This document shows, piece by piece, positions 26,481 to 36,224 of a DNA stretch of 64,000 nt. The first letter of the stretch is position 1. Each line of letters begins with the position of its first letter. This DNA comes from a bacterium (GTDB taxonomy: Bacteria > Zhuqueibacterota > Zhuqueibacteria > Zhuqueibacterales > Zhuqueibacteraceae). The notes beneath the pieces are model-generated. The model was not told where the DNA came from. It did no database searches and saw nothing but the letters and a program-made list of their open reading frames with translations. The position numbers were made by a program, and so were the translations under genes. The stretch spans positions 1 through 64,000 of the forward strand of contig JBIOXB010000213.1 in the NCBI GenBank assembly GCA_044869275.1, read 5' to 3'.

Positions 26481-27608
26481 CTATTTCAATACCGTGAGCT
26501 TGCGCGTCAGCGTGATTGCTCCGCCGTGGCGTGCGCTTGCCTCAAGGCGGTAGAGATACAGTCCGCTCGTGACCGGATTGCCAAAACTGTCGCGGCCGTT
26601 CCACCGTGCTTCATGCTCACCCGCGCTTTTCGCGCCCTCGCTCAGGGTCGCGACCAGGCGCCCGGAGAGATCGTAAACCGCGAGTTTCACCTGGCTCTCC
26701 GCCGGCAGGGTGTAGCGAATTGCAGTTTCCGGGTTGAAGGGATTGGGAAAGTTTTGCGCCAATGCGAAGCGCGCCGGCAGTCCCGTGCGATCTTGATCGT
26801 CGGTGACGCCGGTGGTCAAGGAAGACAGCCGGCCAAAGCTGGAAGCATCACTGAAATTAGGATTCGTCTCATTATCCTGGCTCGACACCTGCGCGACAAA
26901 AAAATTGGCTTTTGAAACCCAGAGATAGTCAATGGTCGTCGAGCTGTCAGAGGAGAACACGACTCCCCCGACCACGGTTTTGGAAACGGTCTTGTTGTCG
27001 CTGCGAACACGCAGGCAGGCGAAATCGCCGATGGGCAAGCGCACGGTGCCCCAGGCTTCGGCGCTGTTATTCGAAGTGTTTGTGGTGGTGATGTAAAAAT
27101 CCGGTGGCGTGCCGAACGTGTCCGATTCGACCGTATTCCAGGTTGTGCCGAATTGCAGAGGCAGGGGCGCCACTTCTGACTCGAAGGGCAGCACGAAGGA
27201 AGTATCCGGCGTTTGCGCGGCGCCGCCCAGGGCGCGCAAGCTGTTGCTGGTCACTTGGGAATAGGAGTAGAATGCCGATCCTGGCTGCGAGGGCGTCGTG
27301 CTGCGCTGCGCGAAATTGGCCTGTGGAAAATCGGCGGGAAAGGGCGTGGCCTGCGGCGCGAGAAAGGCATAATCGAACCGATCCGCCTGCAATGCCACAT
27401 TGCGAAAATCCCAGATCTGATTTGCACCCCCGGCGCCGACGTTCACGGTGATGCTGCCGGTGGTGTCGGTTTCGAACTCCTGCGACTTGCCAATAAGCGC
27501 GAGAATATCATTTGACGTCACCGTGATCTGTGCGTATGCCGCGACCGCGGGGAAAAGCAACGCGCTCAACACCCAAAGCCTCCGCCTGCGAGTAGAGCTT
27601 GTCTTCAT
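26481..27608 (-). CDS. Secreted protein with FlgD-Ig/T9SS-type C-terminal domain
   Basis: Signal peptide ..AAYA-QIT; GGANQIWDF; AWGTVRLP.G; LAQNFPNPFNPET..SGLYLYRL..KLTVLK. Confidence 0.8.
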   Translation of the reverse strand: MKTSSTRRRRLWVLSALLFPAVAAYAQITVTSNDILALIGKSQEFETDTTGSITVNVGAGGANQIWDFRNVALQADRFDYAFLAPQATPFPADFPQANFAQRSTTPSQPGSAFYSYSQVTSNSLRALGGAAQTPDTSFVLPFESEVAPLPLQFGTTWNTVESDTFGTPPDFYITTTNTSNNSAEAWGTVRLPIGDFACLRVRSDNKTVSKTVVGGVVFSSDSSTTIDYLWVSKANFFVAQVSSQDNETNPNFSDASSFGRLSSLTTGVTDDQDRTGLPARFALAQNFPNPFNPETAIRYTLPAESQVKLAVYDLSGRLVATLSEGAKSAGEHEARWNGRDSFGNPVTSGLYLYRLEASARHGGAITLTRKLTVLK

Positions 27609-27691
27609 GAAGCACTCCAAGAATGGTGAAAGGTGCATGGTGAATGAAAAGGCAACATGATTCCGGGCTAGTCTGAGCGGTCGGTCTCACT

Positions 27692-29044
27692 TCAGAACCT
27701 CAGGGTAAAGACCGTTTCGGCCTCCGGCTGCGAGTGCACGCTAATCGTGCCGCGGTGCAGACGCATGATCTGTCGCGACAGGCTGAGGCCGATGCCGGAG
27801 CCGCCGGACTTCGTGGTAAAGAACGGAATGAAGATTTTTTCGATCACTTCCGGCAAAATGCCCGGCCCGTTGTCCGCGATTTGCAGCAGCACGCGGCCGC
27901 GTTCGTCCAGGCGCGAGCGCAGCTCGATTTTGGCGAGTGGCCGGTGTTCCACGGCTTGAATGGCATTCAACAAGAGATTGATGAGCACTTGCTCGATCAA
28001 CTCCGGATCGGCGGTCACTTCCAAGCTCTCCGGCACGATCGTCACGCGCAAATCAATCGCCTGCGCTGCAACTTGTGCCCGCATCAATTGCTGCACGCCG
28101 TGCAACATATTTTTGACCGGGAAGATTTGAAAATTCGGCTTGGGAATGCGGGTGAGATTGCGATAGGCGTCGACGAAATGCAGCAAGCCTTCGCTGCGCT
28201 TTTGAATGGTCTGCGCCGCGCCGCGCACATCGCTCACGGTCTCCGTTTCCAGGCCGTTGGCGGACGAGGGCTTGCCGTTGGCCAGCAGCAAATCGTTGAT
28301 GGTCGAGGCCAGCGAGGCGATGGGCGTAACCGAATTCATGATTTCATGAGTGAGCACTCGAATGAGTTTTTGCCACGCTTCCAGTTCCTTCTCTTCCAAC
28401 TCGCTTTGAATATTTTGCAGCGAGACCAGCGTATATCTTTGCTCGCGCATTTTGAGCTCGGTGGCGTGCAGCGCCAATTGCAAAACCTCATTGCGATCAT
28501 CGACTTTGACCAGCGCTCTTTCGCCGGAGCGCAATTGCAGCAGCTTTTCCACCAGCGATTTACTGTACGCTTCGAGCGTGTGAATGTTTTTCGCTGTGGG
28601 CGCGCGCAACAGGCGCCGGGCGGCATTATTGATGAGCTCGATTTCGCCGTTGGGCTGAAACGAAATCAAGCCGATGCCGACGTGTTGCACCACGGTTTGC
28701 AAATAGCGATAATGCTCTTCCTTTTCCGCACGCGCCTGCTGGAATTTCGCAATGACTTCACTGAACGCTGTTTTCAATTCGTCGAAGGCGGAGCCCAAGC
28801 CCGCGCCGGTGAAGCTTTGTGAAAAATCGCTGTGTTTGATGGCGTCAAAAAAGCGGCTAAGATCGCGGTTGGTTCTTTCGACGTAATTGAGCAGGGATTG
28901 AATTTGATACAAGCACAAACCCGCGACGATGACGATGGTCGCGTGCAAAGCGGTTTCGTAGAGTAAATAAAAAAGCAGCAGGAAGGAAGCCACGAGCAGC
29001 AGCACGCGGCCGATGACCTGCAGGCGAAAGCGCTTATAGACCAT
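27692..29044 (-). CDS. Sensor histidine kinase (2 TM, PAS-like, HATPase)
   Basis: LTHEIMNS H-box; QVLINLLLNA; DNGPG; FIPFFTTK..GSGIGL. Confidence 0.95.
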   Translation of the reverse strand: MVYKRFRLQVIGRVLLLVASFLLLFYLLYETALHATIVIVAGLCLYQIQSLLNYVERTNRDLSRFFDAIKHSDFSQSFTGAGLGSAFDELKTAFSEVIAKFQQARAEKEEHYRYLQTVVQHVGIGLISFQPNGEIELINNAARRLLRAPTAKNIHTLEAYSKSLVEKLLQLRSGERALVKVDDRNEVLQLALHATELKMREQRYTLVSLQNIQSELEEKELEAWQKLIRVLTHEIMNSVTPIASLASTINDLLLANGKPSSANGLETETVSDVRGAAQTIQKRSEGLLHFVDAYRNLTRIPKPNFQIFPVKNMLHGVQQLMRAQVAAQAIDLRVTIVPESLEVTADPELIEQVLINLLLNAIQAVEHRPLAKIELRSRLDERGRVLLQIADNGPGILPEVIEKIFIPFFTTKSGGSGIGLSLSRQIMRLHRGTISVHSQPEAETVFTLRF

Positions 29045-30413
29045 ACTTTTCCAACCGGCGATAAAGGGAAGTGCGCGTCAAACCCAATTCACGCGCAGCC
29101 TGGCTGATGTTGCCGCCGTGCTTGCTGATGGTGCGGCGAATGACGGCCTTCTCGACTTCTTCCAAATTATAATTGTCAAATACCAGCCCATTTTCTTTCG
29201 CCTCCGCGGGCAACAGCAAAAAGTCTCCGGGCTGCAATACTTGCTCCTCGCCGAGAATGACGGCGCGCTCGAGCGCATGCTGTAATTCGCGCACGTTGCC
29301 GGGCCAGGCATATTTCTCCAGCTTCTTGAACGTGGCGGCATTGACGCGCTTTAAAGGCTTTTGGTATTTTTTCGAGTACAAGTGCAGAAAATGGTCCACC
29401 AGCAGCGGAATATCCTCCAAGCGCTCGCGCAGCGGCGGCAGCTTGATTTCCACCGTGTTGATGCGATACAGCAAATCCTGCCGGAATCTTTTTTCGGCCA
29501 CCAAATCGTGAATCGGCATGTTGGTGGCACAAATCAGGCGAATGTCGATGGGGCGCGGCTGGTTGGAGCCCAGGCGCGTAATTTGGCGGTTCTGCAACGC
29601 CGTCAAAAGCTTGGCCTGCAACGGCAATGACAGGTTGCCGATTTCATCGAGAAACAGGGTGCCGCCCGAAGCGATTTCAAAGCGGCCGGCGCGTTCTTCT
29701 TTGGCGTCGGTGAAGGCGCCTTTCACGTGCCCGAACAATTCACTTTCGAACAGGGTCTCGCTCAACGCGCCCATATCGACGCTGATGAAAACTTCCCTGC
29801 CGCGCTGCGACTGGCGGTGCAGCTCGCGCGCCACCAACTCCTTGCCTGTGCCGTTTTCCCCCAGAATCAAAACATTGGCGTCCGTGTGCGCGACTTTCTT
29901 AATCGTGGCGAATATGTTCTGCATCGCGGCACTGGCGCCGACAAAATCCTGGAATTGCTGGTCGAGATCCGCGCTCAGCTGCTGCTGTTGCATTTTCAAA
30001 TGGCTGACTTCGACGCGCGATTGTCGCAGATTCATCGCCGCTGACAGAGTGGCCAGCAGTTTTTCATTTTGCCAGGGCTTGAGCACGAAATCCGTGGCGC
30101 CGGCCTTGATGGCCTGCACCGCCATTTCCACATCACCGAAGGCCGTGATTAAAACCACCACGGCCGAGGGGTCGACGGTCAAAATCTGATTCAACCAATA
30201 AAATCCCTCGCTGCCGCTGCTGACGTCGCGCGTGAAATTCATGTCCAAAAGAATGACGTCGTAATTTTCATTCTTCAGCAGCCCCGGCAGCATTTCCGGT
30301 TTTTTTTCCGTATGCACCGCGACAAAATGCTGCTTTAAGAATAAACGCGCCGCGTGCAGCACGTCCTCATCGTCGTCGATCACGAGAACTTTGCCGAATT
30401 TTTTGGTGATCAT
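29034..30413 (-). CDS. Sigma-54-dependent (NtrC-family) response regulator
   Basis: Receiver (VIDDD, LLDMN, KPW); GENGTGKE; GAFTDA; FLDEIG; WPGNVREL; C-terminal HTH. Confidence 0.95.
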   Translation of the reverse strand: MITKKFGKVLVIDDDEDVLHAARLFLKQHFVAVHTEKKPEMLPGLLKNENYDVILLDMNFTRDVSSGSEGFYWLNQILTVDPSAVVVLITAFGDVEMAVQAIKAGATDFVLKPWQNEKLLATLSAAMNLRQSRVEVSHLKMQQQQLSADLDQQFQDFVGASAAMQNIFATIKKVAHTDANVLILGENGTGKELVARELHRQSQRGREVFISVDMGALSETLFESELFGHVKGAFTDAKEERAGRFEIASGGTLFLDEIGNLSLPLQAKLLTALQNRQITRLGSNQPRPIDIRLICATNMPIHDLVAEKRFRQDLLYRINTVEIKLPPLRERLEDIPLLVDHFLHLYSKKYQKPLKRVNAATFKKLEKYAWPGNVRELQHALERAVILGEEQVLQPGDFLLLPAEAKENGLVFDNYNLEEVEKAVIRRTISKHGGNISQAARELGLTRTSLYRRLEKYGL

Positions 30414-30763
30414 GTGGGTAAGCGCCTTGACTTTCGATTGTGCAACAGACCGGGATCTGTGTTGCAGCGGAGACGAATTTACACAATCACGCCGGAAAGC
30501 GAAAGCATTTTCTCGGCGCCTGCATACGAAACCGTCCGGCCGTTGTTGCGAGACCGGGGAAGATTTGTCCTTCTTAAGACACGTGATTGGGGCCGTTGGT
30601 TGCCCGCTTCTTGCATCTTTCAGCTGAATTAGCGATTTTGATAAACTTTGCAGTGCCTGGCGCAGTTGCCGGAAAAGCGTTTACAAGCCTCTCTTTTGAG
30701 CGGGGGCAGGACCTCTTTTCGCCGCAGCAATTTCGTCGCCAGGCATGACACCTTTCGGAGGAA

Positions 30764-33190
30764 GTGATGAAGAAACGGGTGTGCCGGCAATACCGCCTCG
30801 TGCCGATCTGGCTGGCCTTCAGCTTTTGCACCCAAAGCATGGCGCAAACCAAGCCCGTGCTTTCGATTGCGAGCATCATGCGCGATCCGAAATGGCTGGG
30901 TGCGTTCCCGCAGAATCCTTACTGGTCGGAAGACAGCCGGACCCTGTACTTTTGGTGGAACCCGGAATTGCGCGAAGCCGATTCCCTTTATCAAGTGGCC
31001 CGTCTCGATCTCAAACCCACAAAAGTCCACCTGGCGGTGCAAAAAAATCTTCCGGCGCGCGACGGCCGCTACAATCGCAGCTTGACCAATAAAACCTTCG
31101 AGCGCGACGGCGATATTTTCTTGCTGGACCTTAAAACCGGAAAAAGCACGCAAATCACCAATACCTTGGAAGCGGAAAGCGAGCCGCGGTTCTCCTTCTT
31201 CGAAGAGGCCGTGGTTTTTCTGCGCGAGCGCAACTTGTTCTCTTGGAAAATCGCCGGCGGCGAGCTGGCGCAATTGACGGATTTTCGTGCGGGCGCGATA
31301 CCGCCGGAAAAAATGCCCGCAACCGAAGTGCAAAAATATCTCGCCGAAGAAGAATTGCGCTTGCTGCAAACTCTGCGCGAGCGCAAAGACAGGCTCGCCG
31401 CCAGCGAACATGCCAACAAGATGCTGGCCGCCAAAAGGCCGAAAGCCATCTATCTGGGCGAGGAAATCATCAGCAATCTTCAGCTTGCGCCCAGCGGCAA
31501 GTTCGTCACCTTCCGCTTGCAGCGCCGGGCGGGAGAAACGCGCACCGCGCAAGTGCCCAATTATGTCAACGCCACCGGTTTTACAGCAGAGATTCCCACG
31601 CGCGTGAAAGTGGGCGAGCCGACTTCAACGTTCCGTTTGGGCTTTTGGGATATGGCAGCAGACACGGTGCTGTACGTGCAAACGGACGGCCTGCCGGAGA
31701 TTTCTTTGCCGAGGGAGTTCACCAAAGCGGAAGGGAAAAAGGATACGATCAAAATCGCCACCGGCATTGCGGTAAACAATCAGACACAAGGCGCAGCGAA
31801 AACAAATCCTCGTGAGGTGAACTGGCACGGGCCATTTTGGAACGATGATGGCAAGCATGCTTTCGTCGTGGCGCTATCCCTGGACAACAAGGATCGCTGG
31901 ATCGCATTGCTGGATTTGCCTGCCACAAGCCTGAAAGTGCTCGACCATCAATATGACCAGGCCTGGATCGGCGGGCCGGGCATCGGCGGCTGGTGGAGCG
32001 CGGGCGAGGTGGGCTGGATGCCGGATAACGAAAACGTGTGGTTCTGCTCCGAAGCAAACGGCTATTCGCACCTGTACACGGTCAACGTTAGGACCGGCGA
32101 GCAGCGAGCGTTGACCAGCGGCGCTTTTGAAATTTCTTCGCCATTTATTTCACGCGACAAGAAGCGCTGGTATTTCACCAGCAATGAAGGCGATCCCGGC
32201 GAGCATCATTTTTATACGATGCCGATTGCCGGCGGCGCACGCACGCGCCTGACGACTCTGGCGGGCGAGAATGAAGTCGTGCTGTCGCCGGATGAGGCCA
32301 TGCTCGCGATTCGCCACTCCCAAGCCAACGTGCCGTGGGAGATTTATCTGCAACCCAATCAACCCGGAGCCGTCGCACAACGGGTAACCGATTCCACCAG
32401 CGAGGAATTCAAGAAATATCCCTGGCGCATGCCGGAGTTTGTCACTTACGCCGCACGCGATGGCAAGCATGTGCGCGCGCGTTTGTATCGTCCGGAAATA
32501 TCTAATAGCGCTGCCGTGATTTTCGTGCACGGCGCAGGGTATTTGCAGAACGCGCATAATGGCTGGTCCTATTATTTTCGCGAATATATGTTTCACAATT
32601 TGCTGGCCGATCGCGGCTACACCGTGCTTGATCCCGATTATCGCGCCAGCGCGGGTTATGGCCGGGATTGGCGCACTGCGATTTATCGCCACATGGGAGG
32701 AAAAGATTTGGAGGACGTCGTCGATGGCGCAAAATTTTTGAGCGAAAATTGTGGTGTCGAGGCGAAACGCATTGGCCTATATGGCGGCAGCTATGGCGGG
32801 TTCATCACGTTGATGGCGATGTTCACCACGCCGGACGTTTTCGCCGCTGGCGCAGCCTTGCGCCCGGTAACAGATTGGGCACATTACAATCACGGCTATA
32901 GCTCCAACATCCTCAACATTCCGCAAGCCGACACGCTGGCTTATCGCCGCAGCTCGCCGATTTATTTTGCGGAGGGACTAAAAGGCGCATTGTTAATTTG
33001 CCATGGCATGGTGGATGTCAATGTGCATTTTCACGACACCGTCCGTTTGGCGCAGCGCTTGATTGAATTGGGAAAGGACAATTGGGAAGTAGCCATGTAT
33101 CCGGTGGAAGACCACGCTTTCCAGGAAGCCAGCTCGTGGCGGGATGAGTATGCGAGAATTTTGAAACTGTTTGAAGGCAATTTGCGGTGA
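30764..33190 (+). CDS. S9 family (prolyl oligopeptidase/DPP-IV-like) peptidase
   Basis: GGSYGG nucleophile; HGMVDVNV; EDHAF; signal peptide and propeller region. Confidence 0.92.
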   Translation: MMKKRVCRQYRLVPIWLAFSFCTQSMAQTKPVLSIASIMRDPKWLGAFPQNPYWSEDSRTLYFWWNPELREADSLYQVARLDLKPTKVHLAVQKNLPARDGRYNRSLTNKTFERDGDIFLLDLKTGKSTQITNTLEAESEPRFSFFEEAVVFLRERNLFSWKIAGGELAQLTDFRAGAIPPEKMPATEVQKYLAEEELRLLQTLRERKDRLAASEHANKMLAAKRPKAIYLGEEIISNLQLAPSGKFVTFRLQRRAGETRTAQVPNYVNATGFTAEIPTRVKVGEPTSTFRLGFWDMAADTVLYVQTDGLPEISLPREFTKAEGKKDTIKIATGIAVNNQTQGAAKTNPREVNWHGPFWNDDGKHAFVVALSLDNKDRWIALLDLPATSLKVLDHQYDQAWIGGPGIGGWWSAGEVGWMPDNENVWFCSEANGYSHLYTVNVRTGEQRALTSGAFEISSPFISRDKKRWYFTSNEGDPGEHHFYTMPIAGGARTRLTTLAGENEVVLSPDEAMLAIRHSQANVPWEIYLQPNQPGAVAQRVTDSTSEEFKKYPWRMPEFVTYAARDGKHVRARLYRPEISNSAAVIFVHGAGYLQNAHNGWSYYFREYMFHNLLADRGYTVLDPDYRASAGYGRDWRTAIYRHMGGKDLEDVVDGAKFLSENCGVEAKRIGLYGGSYGGFITLMAMFTTPDVFAAGAALRPVTDWAHYNHGYSSNILNIPQADTLAYRRSSPIYFAEGLKGALLICHGMVDVNVHFHDTVRLAQRLIELGKDNWEVAMYPVEDHAFQEASSWRDEYARILKLFEGNLR

Positions 33191-33280
33191 GCGGATGGTT
33201 GTCTTGCAGCAGGACATTTCCAAGCGGCAGCGTCAATTTGCCGTTGTAGTACTAAAGGAGATCACGTAGATAGCGCACAT

Positions 33281-33484
33281 TCATTGTGCCGCTCTCGCTT
33301 CCAGTCCTGCAAAAATCTCCGCCACCGGCAACTCGAAACCCGGCAGCAACTCAGGCGCGGTGAGCTTGTCGCGCACGGCGTGCTTGCCTTGTGCCGTGCA
33401 CACCAAAACCTCACGCGTGCTGGGAATGACGATCCAGAAGATCTGAGCGCCCTGCTGCAAATAAGCATCGACTTTTTCCATCAC
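33281..33484 (-). pseudogene. Uma2-family endonuclease, C-terminal fragment
   Basis: EKVDAYL..G....WIV.P..R.V.......L....LLPGFELPVAEIF; N-terminal catalytic half absent. Confidence 0.75.
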
Positions 33485-33509
33485 ATAATTGCAAGCTGAA
33501 ATTCCGGCT

Positions 33510-35909
33510 TTACAGCATCATCCCCTTCGCCCGTTCCTGATACAGCAATTGAAACAGCACATGGCAGTATTGCGACAATTCGCGCTTGCCCTGGTTGGCC
33601 ACGGCGTAACGCCAGAAGCCGTACAGCGCGGTGAGATCGAGCAGTTTGTTGCTGTATAGTTTCCACGTGAATCGTTCCTGCACGCATGCGATGGCCTGGG
33701 TTGAGATTCTTTGCCAATAATCGGGCTCGCGTTCGCAACGCGTGAGGAAATCCAATAACGCCGCGCTGATGAATTCCGGCACGGTGGGATTGATCAAGAA
33801 GCCGCTCTTTTTATCCACAATGATTTCGCCTGGCCCGCCAAATTGCGTGGCGAACACCGGCAGCCCGCTTGCCATCGCCTCCAGCACCGTCAGGCCGAAG
33901 GCCTCGAAGCGCGCCGGCTGCACGAATACGCCGCGCTGATCCGCGATGATGCGATACGCTGCGCCCGTGTCTTCTTTGGATAAATGCACGCCCAGCCAGC
34001 GCATCCTGCCGTGCAAATCGTATTGCCTCATCAAATCGTGCATGTGTTGAATCTCCGCGGCCTCCTCTGTATCCGTGGTCTGCGAGGCGTCCACCTTGCC
34101 CGCGATCACGATGAGGTTGCATTTCTCTTGCAGCGCCCGGGACTTGCCAAAGCCTTCCACCAACATGGTGAGGTTTTTCACGCGGTCGAGGCGCGCCATC
34201 GTGAAAACGGGAGTCTTCTCCTTATCGTGCAAAGTGCCAATGCTGGTCTCATTCTGTGCCTCGAACATAAGCTCGGCGAGTTTTTTCCGGCGATTTGGCA
34301 GCCGTCGCTCCTCGGCGTGATACGGAAAAAAGATGTGCTCATCCACTCCCGGAGGAATGACGTTGAATTTGGGATGAAACAAGTTGACGCCGCTTTCCAC
34401 TTGCAACAGCCCGGGCATGGTGAAGAATTGATAGGATTCATATTGTCCGCGTGTGAATGGCGTGCCGGCGATTTCTTGGAACGTGCTGGTGATGATGAAA
34501 TCCGCCATGTTCATGGCGATGAGATCGGCGACGTATTGTAAAGAAAAGTGATACGCCTGCTCGAATTTTTGCCAATGCAAATCGGAGAACAAATATTTCG
34601 TCTTCTCCAGCGCGTGCGCGATGTTGCATTGGACCACATCGAGCTGCTCGGACAGCAGTGTGGCCACGAGATTGCCGTCGGTGTAATTGCCGATGATCAG
34701 ATCCGGCCGGCCGTTGAACTCGCTCGACAGCGCCAACCTGGCTTCGTAGGCAAAGCGCTGCAAATAAGGCCAAATCTCGAAACGCGAAATCCAATGGGGC
34801 ACGACCTTGCCGTGGCGGTCATGAAACGGCACGCGCAAAATCCAGGCGTCGTCAGTCTGATGAATTTTTTCGAGGCGGACGTTGCTGGTCGTGCCTTGAT
34901 GGTCCGGAATCAAGCGTGTGACTACGATGATTTTGGGTTTGGCCGTGAGTCCGTATTCTAGTAGGCGCGCCGCCAGCGTTTTCTCCAAAGCGCGGACTTG
35001 ATCTAAAATATAGACCACCTGGCCGCCGGTATCGGGCCGGCCGAGCACGTTGGTTTGTCCGAACCAGCCATGCGGGGAGATGATGGCGACTTTGGAGATC
35101 ATGGGAATGCGCGAAATGAAGCGCTCCACGTTGCCGCCGGTCGGGGACTGAAACAACTCGAGCAGAAGATTCATCGTCTCCAGAATTCTGCCGGCGGTAT
35201 TACCCCATCCCGGTTCGAAACCATGCCGGCGCATGTGCCCGATGAGGTTCTCGAGAGGTGTTTCGGGTTCGAGCGCGGCGAGGTGATCGGTGAACGCGTG
35301 AATTTCATCGACCAATTGCGGCAAACTGTGTATATCGTTCCCATCGATGAGCAATTGCTGCCCGCCCAGGCTGTGAATTTTCAAAAACTCAAACAGATAT
35401 TTGTTCCATCTATCCGGATCATTGAACAAGTTGCTCGACATGTGCCGGTTGAGAAAAGCGATGCCTTCGCCCACGCTTTTGGCGTCGCTCATCGCGGGAC
35501 CGTAATCATAAAATGGCATGAAATTCACGCGCAGCTTGCCATCGTGTTCACGCTGGTCCGGTTGCGCCAGCTTGTCGCGCAGCTCCAAAAATTCGGCAAT
35601 GCCGATGGGCTCGACGGTTTCGCCTTGAATGCTGGTTTTATAAATGAAGTATTGCGCCATGCGATGACGATGCACCAGAATCGCCTGGCCGCCCAGCAGC
35701 AGCAATTCTGGCATGCGGCTGAACAAACCGTGCAACGTGCTGTCTTGCAGCAGCTCGGACTTGTGGTTGTTGCGGCAGTATTCCTCGAATGCCAATACGA
35801 TGTCATTGCGCAGCAGATAATGGTTGGGCTTCTGCGACAATTCATAGAGGAACATTTGAAAGTCCCGCACTTCGTGGGCGGCGATCAATTCGGTCAACGG
35901 CTTGGCCAT
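33510..35909 (-). CDS. Sucrose synthase
   Basis: SPHGWFGQ.NVLGRPDTGGQVVYILDQVRALE; IAHALEKTKY; MARLDRVKN; FVQPA.FEAFGLTV.EAM; GGAG RBS before ATG 35909. Confidence 0.95.
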   Translation of the reverse strand: MAKPLTELIAAHEVRDFQMFLYELSQKPNHYLLRNDIVLAFEEYCRNNHKSELLQDSTLHGLFSRMPELLLLGGQAILVHRHRMAQYFIYKTSIQGETVEPIGIAEFLELRDKLAQPDQREHDGKLRVNFMPFYDYGPAMSDAKSVGEGIAFLNRHMSSNLFNDPDRWNKYLFEFLKIHSLGGQQLLIDGNDIHSLPQLVDEIHAFTDHLAALEPETPLENLIGHMRRHGFEPGWGNTAGRILETMNLLLELFQSPTGGNVERFISRIPMISKVAIISPHGWFGQTNVLGRPDTGGQVVYILDQVRALEKTLAARLLEYGLTAKPKIIVVTRLIPDHQGTTSNVRLEKIHQTDDAWILRVPFHDRHGKVVPHWISRFEIWPYLQRFAYEARLALSSEFNGRPDLIIGNYTDGNLVATLLSEQLDVVQCNIAHALEKTKYLFSDLHWQKFEQAYHFSLQYVADLIAMNMADFIITSTFQEIAGTPFTRGQYESYQFFTMPGLLQVESGVNLFHPKFNVIPPGVDEHIFFPYHAEERRLPNRRKKLAELMFEAQNETSIGTLHDKEKTPVFTMARLDRVKNLTMLVEGFGKSRALQEKCNLIVIAGKVDASQTTDTEEAAEIQHMHDLMRQYDLHGRMRWLGVHLSKEDTGAAYRIIADQRGVFVQPARFEAFGLTVLEAMASGLPVFATQFGGPGEIIVDKKSGFLINPTVPEFISAALLDFLTRCEREPDYWQRISTQAIACVQERFTWKLYSNKLLDLTALYGFWRYAVANQGKRELSQYCHVLFQLLYQERAKGMML

Positions 35910-36224
35910 CGGTGTGCTCCTGCCTTGCGTGAAAGTTGAATTGGCGTTGAAAAGCCGGGAAACAAAGTCCGTAGAGGGCGCAGACCTCCACGGACCAAAA
36001 GACTCGAGACTCCTGGGTGCATCTGCAATACAAACCTGCAAAACTGAGCTATTTTAGCAAAGTTACTGGTGTAGTCAGCCATAAGTGAAATCTTTGCAAT
36101 TGCGCAGAGATGAATTCCACGCGGATTAAAAAAACACGCGGATAGTTTAAAAATTTCCGTGTAGTTTTTTGATCCGTGTGGAACCATTTTGGTTGCGGCT
36201 CCGCCGCACTTTGAAATCTGCTCA

